A stretch of DNA of 64,000 nucleotides from Ktedonobacteraceae bacterium (lineage in GTDB: Bacteria > Chloroflexota > Ktedonobacteria > Ktedonobacterales > Ktedonobacteraceae): contig DATGLM010000064.1 in NCBI GenBank assembly GCA_035294125.1, positions 29,885-93,884 on the forward strand, written 5' to 3'. Within the stretch, counting starts at the first letter, position 1. Every line of letters starts with the position of its first letter. Positions 1 to 8,192 of the stretch are shown here, in pieces. The notes beneath the pieces are model-generated. The model did no database searches. It had not been told where the DNA came from and was given only the letters and a program-made list of their open reading frames with translations. The position numbers were made by a program, and so were the translations under genes.

Positions 1-1011
1 ATCATAGTAGCCGCTCACGTTGTCGTAGCGAAAGCCGTCGACGTGGCACTCCTCCATCCAGTGACGATTGGCGGTGCGGAAATAGTCCTGGGTGAAAGGC
101 ATGCCCTCGAAGGTGAGCTGCGGGCCAAACTGCCCGTTGGGAAATGTTCCCATTGGCCCTGTTTCCCCGCTCGTGCGATAGACGAGATCATAGGCAAAAT
201 CGGCGCTGCAGTGCTGGTAGACCACGTCCAGGATGACGGCGATGCCTCTGGCATGGCAGGCGTTGACCAGGCGTTTGAAGGCCTCCATGCCGCCCCAGCG
301 GTCTTCGGGCGCGAAGTAGTGGAGCGGGCCATAGCCCCAGTCAAAGATTTGCGGCACCGTCGTAATCGGCATCAGCTCCAGCGCGTTGACGCCGAGGCCG
401 CTGAGATATTCGAGCCGGTCGGCTACGCCATCGAATGAGCTGTCAAATTCTTCCACCTGCAACTCATAGACGATCAGGTCGTCCAGTGAGGGCACCTGGA
501 AAGTGGCGTCCGTCCATTGAAATGGCTGTATGGGTTGATCGCTGACGGTGAAGGCCGAGAGCTTGCCAATACCCGTGTCCGTCGCGAAAGGGTCGGTGAT
601 GAAAAGCGTGACGAGGTTGGCCGTGAGCGGCTGTGCTGCTTGCGCCGTGTTCGTCGGGTCGAAGACAGAGAGCGTCATCGGGTTCGTCAGTGTCCCCTGC
701 ATCTCTTGCAGCAGGGTGTAGCGATACAGGTACGTGCCGGGCTGGCCGAAGTGGCTCTGCCCGGCAGCATCTTTATAGGCCGCGAGATTAATGCTCGCGC
801 TCCACAGACCGAGCGCGTGCTGCTCGTCAAGGGTGAGATAGAAATTCTTCGCCGGTATTTCGATATCGAACTGGTCGAGTTCGTGAATGATGCGCACTAC
901 CAGCACGTAGCCCTTCGCCACCGTAATGTTGGGCAGATAGATGCCGAAGCGCACGCTCAACCCGCCATTCGTATCGGCATGCGCCCCCACTTCGTCCAGA
1001 TTGATCGGCAT
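1..1011 (-). CDS. Glycoside hydrolase family 13 (alpha-amylase superfamily) enzyme, TreZ/GlgX-like, N-terminal portion (3' end lies beyond window start)
   Basis: Minus-strand frame from ATG at 1011-1009 translates MPINLDEVGAHADTNGGLSVRFGIY...DLIVYELQVEEF...GIAVILDVVYQHCSADF...HVDGFRYDNVSGYYD. GH13 region I (DVVYQH) and region II (GFRYDNV) are present, and there is an N-terminal E-set/CBM48-like beta domain. The ORF runs off the window edge, so it is absent from the supplied track. Confidence 0.8.
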   Translation of the reverse strand, partial: MPINLDEVGAHADTNGGLSVRFGIYLPNITVAKGYVLVVRIIHELDQFDIEIPAKNFYLTLDEQHALGLWSASINLAAYKDAAGQSHFGQPGTYLYRYTLLQEMQGTLTNPMTLSVFDPTNTAQAAQPLTANLVTLFITDPFATDTGIGKLSAFTVSDQPIQPFQWTDATFQVPSLDDLIVYELQVEEFDSSFDGVADRLEYLSGLGVNALELMPITTVPQIFDWGYGPLHYFAPEDRWGGMEAFKRLVNACHARGIAVILDVVYQHCSADFAYDLVYRTSGETGPMGTFPNGQFGPQLTFEGMPFTQDYFRTANRHWMEECHVDGFRYDNVSGYYD

Positions 1012-1457
1012 GATCTCTCTACTCCTTCTCTCTAGCGAATACCGTCCCATTATATCCCTCTCGCGTCGCCAGTCGCAATCAAGAGTATTGGAAGCGCAGC
1101 CTGAGGCTTTGCTGCGCTTGATCCTGTTGGCAAGCTTTCTGCTCTGATGGCTCGCCGCATGGCGGCGAGAGGGGGTATATCATGCTTCACTGCGTTCAGC
1201 GCCTCTACTCTCTTATGTAATCTGCTGAACTTCTTACATAAGATGGCTGCCTCGTGTGAGCAAATAACCTTCTTTTCACGCTTACAATAGGATAAAAGTC
1301 CCGTGAAAGGCAGAAGAAAGCGGGGGAAGATATACTTAGCGCAGTCTGGTGAAGGGGAAGACCAGGCTAAAAATTACTATGTCTGTACTCTCTTGCTTCA
1401 GGAGAGATTTATTGCTTTTCTTCAATGGAGGCAATTTCATGACAGACAATGAATTGA

Positions 1458-2579
1458 TTGAAAGGAAAACTTCATATGTTGCGTTCAAAGCCCCTGTTTG
1501 TTCTTGCCAGCGTGGTGATGATGGCTGCGCTGGTGTTTAGCGTGTTCCTGGCAACGCGACCAAACGCTAATGCCGCTCCGGCTTCTACCGCCAGTGGCAC
1601 TCCACGCTACATGCAGTTCCACCACACTTTTTCCCAGGCCGCCCTGGCCTCCTCAGGGTTGAAGCACTGGACCTCGTCCTTCAAGTCCGAAGGAAAGACG
1701 TGGACTTATTCAATGGTGGGTACGAACCCGGCCAATGGCTCGAAAACCACCACTGTTCCGGTGACTATTGTTCCTCTCAAGCTCGTCTTCTCCAATGGCA
1801 AAAGCTTTGATGGGACACCTGAGGTCTCACAGACAACAGGGTCGCCGCTGTTCAAGAATGCCTCGTTTATCAGTGGCACCACGCAGTACGGGGACGCGGT
1901 AGCTCGCGCCGAGTTCTGGAACAAGGTCTCCACCACAAGCCCCAATTATCACGTGCTGGTGGGAACGCCCACGGTTGACAGCACGCTGACCATCAACATC
2001 CCCTCGGCAGATGGCGCGACGACGACAGACCCCTCCAGTGGGAAGACAATTGGTCTGATCAACATCAACTGGTTTGACCCGGAACTCCAGAGCGAGTTGA
2101 CGGCGCTGGGCTTTAAAGCCAACATGCTGCCGATTTTCCTCTCCCACAACGTGTACCTGACCGAGGGTTCTCCCACACTCAGCAACTGCTGCATTGGCGG
2201 CTATCACAATGCCGTGACGAACTCTGCCGGGCTGCAAACCTACATCTGGTCCACCTTTGCTGATGCCGGTGTCCAGGGCGGCTTCGGCGAGGATGTCAGC
2301 GCGCTGAGCCACGAGATGCTCGAATGGTTCAACGACCCGTTCACTAACAATGTTGTGCCGAACTGGATTTCCCCCATTGCCCCGCAGTACGGCTGCAACA
2401 GCTATCTTGAAGTAGGCGATCCACTGGTCGGCGTCGTCTTCACAGTGAGCGGCTACAGCAACGACCACCTGCAAGATGTGGCCTTCTTCAGTTGGTTTGC
2501 GCGCCAGTCGCCCTCCAAGGCCATCAACGGCCAGTACACCTACCTGGGGACCTTCACCAGCCTTTCTCAGAAGTGCTAA
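1458..2579 (+). CDS. Secreted hypothetical protein (N-terminal signal peptide/TM, Thr/Ser-rich)
   Basis: 373-aa ORF. The N-terminus MKGKLHMLRSKPLFVLASVVMMAALVFSVFLATRPNANA looks like a signal peptide. I recognise no catalytic motif. An alternative start is MLRS at 1476. It is followed by a strong hairpin terminator. Confidence 0.55.
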   Translation: MKGKLHMLRSKPLFVLASVVMMAALVFSVFLATRPNANAAPASTASGTPRYMQFHHTFSQAALASSGLKHWTSSFKSEGKTWTYSMVGTNPANGSKTTTVPVTIVPLKLVFSNGKSFDGTPEVSQTTGSPLFKNASFISGTTQYGDAVARAEFWNKVSTTSPNYHVLVGTPTVDSTLTINIPSADGATTTDPSSGKTIGLININWFDPELQSELTALGFKANMLPIFLSHNVYLTEGSPTLSNCCIGGYHNAVTNSAGLQTYIWSTFADAGVQGGFGEDVSALSHEMLEWFNDPFTNNVVPNWISPIAPQYGCNSYLEVGDPLVGVVFTVSGYSNDHLQDVAFFSWFARQSPSKAINGQYTYLGTFTSLSQKC

Positions 2580-2604
2580 GACCATACCAGATTTCATCAT
2601 AGTG

Positions 2605-2650
2605 AAAAGCGGACGAGTCTGCACCCGCCGCTGCAGGCTCGTCCGCTTTT
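2605..2650. terminator. Bidirectional rho-independent terminator between convergent genes
   Basis: AAAAGCGGACGAG...CTCGTCCGCTTTT is a 13-bp perfect stem flanked by an A-run and a T-run. It lies between the stop of the + gene (2579) and the stop of the - gene (2667). Confidence 0.65.
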
Positions 2651-2666
2651 CACTATGATGAAGATG

Positions 2667-4058
2667 CTATCTCACCTCTATCTCCAGTTCCGGCTCAAAT
2701 GTAAACGCCTGTTTGTTATTTCTGGAGCGCGGTTGCCGCTTTCGCTGTTCCGCACGACGGATGGCGCGCACGGGCAGGTAGGGTTCCATAGCGTACAGCA
2801 GGTTGATGTAGACTTGCTGCTGCTGCTGGATGATACCTTCGGGACCGAGCGACCACCACTCCTGGGGAGTGAAGTAGGAGGAAACTTCGGCTTCAGGACC
2901 GCCGCGCCCGTACCACTGGATGAGGTGCAGGTTATCGGACTGCGCCATCCAGCGAGCGAGATTGAGCAGTGCGGGGTTCTCGATCAGCTTCGCCTCGTTG
3001 TAGATGTAGCCCATGAGCTGGTAGATGGCCTGCTGCGCGCTGTTACCCAGGAAGAACTCCATGCCGCCACTGCCTGCCCACGTCGAAGGGAAGACGGGCA
3101 GGGGCAGGTGGTGCGAGCGCTCGCACTGCCCGTAGAGGTCAATCAATTCGCCGGGGGTGCGCGTGGCGATGCCGCGCCGTTCAAGTTCGAGGGGCAGCAT
3201 GCGCATAAAATCGAAGATGCCGCTGTCGTGTCGGTGATGCTCGCCAAAGGTCTCAAAGTCCCAGCCCAGGAAGACGAAATCGCCCGCTGCCTGCGCGATC
3301 CAGTCGACGTAGGTAGGCACCATAAGCGGGTAGTTGTCCCAGTTGTGGTTGGAGAAGCGGTAGCCCACGTCGTCGCTGAGTTCCACGTGGCGCGTCAGCA
3401 GGTAGGGGGGTGTCTCGCGCACGGGCGGCGTGCCATTTCTGCGCCGGGGCAGCTTTGCCTCGATCGGCAGCGGGTAGGGGCCTTCGTCGCCGTTGCGGTA
3501 GAGGTAGGTAGGCTCGCGCCAGCCCAGTACCCATTTACGCCCATCCATCAGCGCGCCGCGAAATCCTGCGGTGTCCAGCGCGTCGTAAATACTGGCAGAC
3601 ATCGCCATTTCCGTGGTATCGGTGACGGTGGGCCGCTTGCCAAAAATGCGCTCCATCTCGTTTGCCATCCACTGCATATCCTGTGCAAAGGTCGGCAGGT
3701 CGAACAGGAAGAGGAAACTGTGGTACGGCTCTACTCCGACCAGCTCGACATGCTCCGCCGCAACCAGTTCGCGGAAGAGGTCGAGCAGTGCGGGTTCCCA
3801 TTTTTCTGCCTGCTGAATGAACGAGAGCGAGAAGCCAATGGAGAAATGCAATCCCCGCCGCACGAGTTCCTGGAACATGTGGGCGGCAGGGTAATAGCTA
3901 TAGCGCGCTACCTTTTTGAAGTAGCGTTCGTTCATACGTTCATCAAACAGGCTGCGTGTGATATCCTCGATGGAAGCACCGCGTGGGATGGGCTGTGCCG
4001 GCAGTTTCAGGCGACGCGGTTGATGCACCACCGTATAGATCGCCAGATCTGCAACCAT
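2667..4058 (-). CDS. Glycoside hydrolase family 57 protein (alpha-amylase/branching-enzyme-like)
   Basis: 463 aa. GH57 signature HQP near the N-terminus (IYTVVHQPRRL) and a GH57 region-IV-like GWDFETFGEHH segment. Same strand as, and adjacent to, the GT4 gene. Confidence 0.7.
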   Translation of the reverse strand: MVADLAIYTVVHQPRRLKLPAQPIPRGASIEDITRSLFDERMNERYFKKVARYSYYPAAHMFQELVRRGLHFSIGFSLSFIQQAEKWEPALLDLFRELVAAEHVELVGVEPYHSFLFLFDLPTFAQDMQWMANEMERIFGKRPTVTDTTEMAMSASIYDALDTAGFRGALMDGRKWVLGWREPTYLYRNGDEGPYPLPIEAKLPRRRNGTPPVRETPPYLLTRHVELSDDVGYRFSNHNWDNYPLMVPTYVDWIAQAAGDFVFLGWDFETFGEHHRHDSGIFDFMRMLPLELERRGIATRTPGELIDLYGQCERSHHLPLPVFPSTWAGSGGMEFFLGNSAQQAIYQLMGYIYNEAKLIENPALLNLARWMAQSDNLHLIQWYGRGGPEAEVSSYFTPQEWWSLGPEGIIQQQQQVYINLLYAMEPYLPVRAIRRAEQRKRQPRSRNNKQAFTFEPELEIEVR

Positions 4059-4071
4059 GGCGGTTTTCCTC

Positions 4072-5385
4072 TCAAGCCAGCACGATATCTTGTTTGCGTG
4101 CCAGGAATTCCAACTTTGCTACGAGGTTCTCAATCACACGATTCCACTGAAATTCTTTTGCCGTGTCATAGCCGTTGCAACGCATGCGCTCCTGCTCGGA
4201 AGGGTGGCGGCGCAGGTAGAGCAGGTAGCCGACAATCTCATCCGGGTCTTCCGTCTCGGTGACAATCGCGTTCTCGAAGGGAACTGCGTAGTCCTCGCCT
4301 GTCGAGCCGGTAACAGCTACCCCTTTCGCGGCCATGACCTCCAGGCCGACGAGGCCGAATGGTTCGTGTCCGCTGTTGGCGAGCGTGGCGTCGGCTGCGG
4401 CATAGGTCGCGCGCACGAACGATTCGGGCAGGAAGAAGCGCAGGTTGTAGATATCAGCCGGGCCGGTATTTGCCACCGCCTCGATGCTCTGTTCCAGGTT
4501 GGGTCGGTGAACTGTCACGTCACGAATGCTCAGGCCGATTTCGTAGGCATGACGCAACACATCCGCCCCGTGCGGCTCAATGCCGCCCCTCACGAAAAGT
4601 GTCACGGGGTGGCCGCTGGCTTTAAGGCGAGCCACGGCATCGATCGCCATCATCCAGCGTTTATCAGGGTCGAAGCGGCCAATTTTGAACAGGAAGAAAC
4701 GGCGCGGGTCTCCCTGACGCCCGACTTCGCGCAGGCGCAGTATCGCCTCCTCGTCAACCTGGTTCAGGTGGCGCGAGGGAATGCCGTTGGGAATGACCAG
4801 CGGATTGACGCCATATTCCCACATCCTGTGCTTCATGTAACGGCTGACGGTGGTGATCGTCGTCACGTAATTAAGGCGCGGCCAGTTGATGCGGTGTAGT
4901 GACATCAGGCTGTTGAGATTCCAGAGCATGAGCACCTTCTGGCGCAAGCCGAACCAGTGCAGCAGGTCGGAGGTACGAATCATTGCCTCGGCGGTCTGCC
5001 AGTCTTCGCCCTGGATGACGACCATCTTGCCCTGCGCCACCGCCGGGCGCACGATCTCCTCATAAATATGGTAGGGAACGCTCTCATTGTAGTCGTAAAG
5101 TTTCTCCTCTTCGCCATCATAGACGCCGTTGAGATGATACTTACTAATCCACTGCGACCAGCGTTTGAGGATCAACTTGCCGTTGATGCGCTCCTCGACG
5201 CCCGGCTTCGTGGGATCGCCAATATAAATAAGGTGGGTGGTAAAGCCCTCAGTCGCCAGCGCTTCGCTCAACTCGGTCACGCGAGTTCCCAGGCCGCCCG
5301 CCGTCGAATAGACGTCCGGCCCCTCGAAGCTGAGCAGGACAAATACGGTATTTTCTGGTGTTATAGCTCCATCTAAATTGATCAT
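4072..5385 (-). CDS. Family 4 glycosyltransferase (alpha-glucosyltransferase-like)
   Basis: Track ORF is 4072..5592. The likely true start is ATG at 5385 (MINLDGAITPENTVFVLLSFEGPDVYSTAGGLGTRV), preceded by an AGGAAA Shine-Dalgarno. GT4 N-terminal STAGG(L)G motif and C-terminal EPFGLVGLEVMAAKG (E-X7-E) motif. There is a 13-bp gap to the GH57 gene, which suggests an operon. Confidence 0.75.
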   Translation of the reverse strand: MINLDGAITPENTVFVLLSFEGPDVYSTAGGLGTRVTELSEALATEGFTTHLIYIGDPTKPGVEERINGKLILKRWSQWISKYHLNGVYDGEEEKLYDYNESVPYHIYEEIVRPAVAQGKMVVIQGEDWQTAEAMIRTSDLLHWFGLRQKVLMLWNLNSLMSLHRINWPRLNYVTTITTVSRYMKHRMWEYGVNPLVIPNGIPSRHLNQVDEEAILRLREVGRQGDPRRFFLFKIGRFDPDKRWMMAIDAVARLKASGHPVTLFVRGGIEPHGADVLRHAYEIGLSIRDVTVHRPNLEQSIEAVANTGPADIYNLRFFLPESFVRATYAAADATLANSGHEPFGLVGLEVMAAKGVAVTGSTGEDYAVPFENAIVTETEDPDEIVGYLLYLRRHPSEQERMRCNGYDTAKEFQWNRVIENLVAKLEFLARKQDIVLA

Positions 5386-5640
5386 GGTTTTCCTGAATCC
5401 TTGTGCAATACATGGGGGAGTGTACGCCTGTAGACGAACGCCTCCCTGGCTGGTAAGAAAATGCTGTAAATAACGCAGCGGTAGCTTTGTGGCCGCTCTG
5501 AAGAAATGCACCCTCGCAATTTCCCATAACCCTACTACCTTATCATACCACAGACAGGTATACTGCCTGTTTCCAGTATATCTTTCCCGCAAAGTATATC
5601 ACAAAGGAACAACCTGCGTCGTAGAGAGAGAACGAACGAA

Positions 5641-5671
5641 AAAGGCCCCGGTTACCGACCGGGGCCTTTTT
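5641..5671. terminator. Bidirectional intrinsic terminator
   Basis: AAAGGCCCCGGT-TACCG-ACCGGGGCCTTTTT: a GC-rich stem with a T-run. It lies between the convergent S53 peptidase stop (5686) and the 3' end of the preceding region. Confidence 0.6.
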
Positions 5672-5685
5672 CGTTCGTTCTCTCT

Positions 5686-8034
5686 CTATGACGCATTCAC
5701 GGCCACATCGTCGATGAAGAAGTCGGAGGTCTGATACTGGTTGGCGATGTTGGTGCCCTGGAAATAGAGGGTGATTGCCTTGCCCTTGTAGGGTTGCAGC
5801 ATGGAGGTGACATCGTAAGTTTGCTGTACCCAGGTATTGGTCACGCTCGTATTGCAGCTTGATTGCATCGTATAGAAATTTTTGCTGCCACTCTGCAACC
5901 AGCTTTTAAAGGTATCCTGGCAGGCTTTCGTGGTCTTGTTGGTGTCCGAGTACCACCAGTAGGTAATAGTGAGCTTTGTGTAGCTGGTTGGTACGGTGAA
6001 GGTCTGCCAGATGCGATCCTGGCAGCCAGCGTAGCCGCAGAAGTAGGCGCTATAGAAACCGCCGTGCGCGTTGTACGAGGTGACCATCTCGTAGCCGCCC
6101 GAAGAGGACTCTTGCCAGGGAGCAGCCGTGCCGGTTTCAAAGCCGCCGTTCTGAATCAGTGATGACGGCGACGTCGGGCCGGGTCCCGGTGATGGGCTGG
6201 GCGACGGACCTGGACTCGGCGTGGGTGAGGGACTCGGACTCGGCGTGGGTGCAGGATTCGTGCCGGGCGAGGCCAGATCCTGCGCCATAGTATCGATGTC
6301 GGGCGAACCGAGACCGCTTGCCAGGTCATAGTTCGCCGTCGCTGGATAGTACAGATTGTTGCCCGTTGTCACGTCATGGAAGGCGGGCGCGGCCTGCTGC
6401 GTGCTGGCAAGTTTGTAGAGCGCGGGATTGGCAAAGCCAATACGCGATTTGCCCCGCCCCTGCAGGTACTGGTTAATCAAGGCCATACTGCCCGCCCAGA
6501 GGGGGGCCGCGCCGCTCGTGCCGCCCACGGTGAGCCAGCCGGTAGAGGGGCAGCCAGCGTTTGTCACCGTGCAATAGACGGCGTAGCCGGTCGCAGGGTC
6601 TCCATCGGCGGTGACATCGGGCACTTCACGGTTGCCATTACTGTACTGATTCTGGACGCCGGGGCCGCTTTGCCAGGATGGCATCTTGAAGGTGTTGCTG
6701 ATGCCGCCGCCACTGCCCGCGCCCTTCGGGCTGCGCGTCGTCTGGCTCGGATTCGACCAGACCGACTCACTACCATACGCGCCCGCATTGAGCTGCAAGG
6801 TCGTGCCACCAACGCCTGTCACGTAAGGGTCGCTGGCCGGGGAGTCTACTGCCAGGTTAGTATCGCCGCAGTCATATGCTCCGGAATCACCGGCGGCGGC
6901 GAAGAAGGTCATGCCCTGCGCGGCGCCTTGCTTGAACATGTTGTCGAGCGTCTGCAACTCACCCGGTCCCGAACTCGCCTCGCACAGGCCCCAGCTAATC
7001 GAGACAATCTGCGCCTTGTCATCGGTAATGATCTTGTTGTAGGTATCGTTCAGTCCTTGTGTCGTGTTTGGCCCTTCGTAGACGACCTGGCTGGCGTGGG
7101 GAGCCATCGCGGCCACCACCTCCATGTCCAGTTCCACCTCGATGGCGCCGCTTCCGGCAGCGCCGTTGAAGCCATCTACCTGCACCATTGAGATGTTGGG
7201 CGTTCCCAGATTATAGTTTTGCAGGTACTGTGCCACATCGCTTTGCTGGTAGCCGTCCAGTTCAAAAAGCGCCACTGTCTGGTTATCGCCCAGGATGTTC
7301 GCGTTGTGCAGGGCAGCGGCATCGTAGGCCCCCAGCAAATCCTGCGGTCCAAAACCGCTCGTGCTCGCGCTGTTTTTATGCGCGCTGTGCTGGTTATTCG
7401 CGTGATTACTTGTCTGCTGCTGTACGGCCATGCGCTGGTAGAGAGGGGTGTATTGCACGCTGTCATCCAGCCCGCCGATTGACGTTATCAGCGCACTGAT
7501 TGAGGTGGGGAGGCTGGGCGGTGAGGCATTGGCATAGAAGGTGTGGCTGCCCACCTGGTAATTATTGATCTGCGTGCCGAAGGCTTGCTGCACCTGTGCC
7601 ACTGTCCCGCTGGCATCGATCAACATATTGTCGGGCGCTACGCTGCTGACTGTCAGGCCCTGTCCTTGCAGGAAGGTCACTACCTGCTGGACGTCGGAGG
7701 CTGTGGGCGCAAAGCGTTGATCGAACTGGTCGGGAGTCAAATACTGGTGATACTGTGACGACTGCGGGTCATACATGGCTGTCAGGAGAGCATCCAACTG
7801 GTCGGTGTCGCGCAATTGCAGCCCGATCGAGAGGTTCAACTGCTGGTTCGGGTCCGTCGTCTGCAAAAGTTGCGCCTGCTGGACGAGCGGGACAGTCTGG
7901 CCCTGCAAGAGCACGCGCGGGCTGGAGTCGGCGCGCGCGAGGTGCAAAGTCAGTATGCTGGCCCCCAGCAGCACAAAGGCGACGACTCCCAACAGGAGGT
8001 TTCGCACTAAAGTCCGCTTCATACGTTTCTCCAA
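5686..8034 (-). CDS. Secreted S53-family serine peptidase (sedolisin/kumamolisin-like) with Pro/Ser/Thr linker and C-terminal beta-sandwich (CBM-like) domain
   Basis: 782 aa. N-terminal signal/TM, a pro-kumamolisin activation-like domain, and the catalytic Ser motif GGTSGAAPLWAG. Then a [23 protein letters not shown] linker, then a C-terminal domain LIQNGGFETG...W...FIDDVAV typical of CBM4/9/galactose-binding-like folds. Confidence 0.8.
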   Translation of the reverse strand: MEKRMKRTLVRNLLLGVVAFVLLGASILTLHLARADSSPRVLLQGQTVPLVQQAQLLQTTDPNQQLNLSIGLQLRDTDQLDALLTAMYDPQSSQYHQYLTPDQFDQRFAPTASDVQQVVTFLQGQGLTVSSVAPDNMLIDASGTVAQVQQAFGTQINNYQVGSHTFYANASPPSLPTSISALITSIGGLDDSVQYTPLYQRMAVQQQTSNHANNQHSAHKNSASTSGFGPQDLLGAYDAAALHNANILGDNQTVALFELDGYQQSDVAQYLQNYNLGTPNISMVQVDGFNGAAGSGAIEVELDMEVVAAMAPHASQVVYEGPNTTQGLNDTYNKIITDDKAQIVSISWGLCEASSGPGELQTLDNMFKQGAAQGMTFFAAAGDSGAYDCGDTNLAVDSPASDPYVTGVGGTTLQLNAGAYGSESVWSNPSQTTRSPKGAGSGGGISNTFKMPSWQSGPGVQNQYSNGNREVPDVTADGDPATGYAVYCTVTNAGCPSTGWLTVGGTSGAAPLWAGSMALINQYLQGRGKSRIGFANPALYKLASTQQAAPAFHDVTTGNNLYYPATANYDLASGLGSPDIDTMAQDLASPGTNPAPTPSPSPSPTPSPGPSPSPSPGPGPTSPSSLIQNGGFETGTAAPWQESSSGGYEMVTSYNAHGGFYSAYFCGYAGCQDRIWQTFTVPTSYTKLTITYWWYSDTNKTTKACQDTFKSWLQSGSKNFYTMQSSCNTSVTNTWVQQTYDVTSMLQPYKGKAITLYFQGTNIANQYQTSDFFIDDVAVNAS
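6170..6260. repeat. Low-complexity tandem DNA repeat encoding the PS/PT linker of the S53 peptidase
   Basis: GACTCGGCGTGGGTG is directly repeated at about 6213 and 6237, inside a GGN/CCN periodic stretch. Confidence 0.5.
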
Positions 8035-8142
8035 ACACTACAAGGCGACAATGATTCACTTTTACGCTGTTAAAATGAACGCCAGTATGTAGCAAGTTCG
8101 CGGCCTCTGGTACTTCAAGGGGATCTTTTCAACGTGGTAGAA

Positions 8143-8180
8143 GAGAAGGGCCTGAATGCTAATGTAATCCAGGCCCTTCT
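8143..8180. terminator. Hairpin terminator downstream of the kinase gene
   Basis: AGAAGGGCCTG-(16 nt loop)-CAGGCCCTTCT is an 11-bp perfect stem, located immediately after the kinase stop (8193) and before the S53 start. Confidence 0.5.
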
Positions 8181-8192
8181 CTTCGTACTTTT

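Noticed and set aside
2655-4262. 535-aa + strand ORF
   Set aside because: It is entirely antisense to the GH57 gene, whose product has clear family motifs. Long antisense ORFs are expected in high-GC DNA, and this one has no recognisable domain.
4057-4899. 280-aa + strand ORF
   Set aside because: It is antisense to the GT4 glycosyltransferase.
6376-7191. 271-aa + strand ORF
   Set aside because: It is antisense to the S53 peptidase and has Arg/Ala-rich composition.
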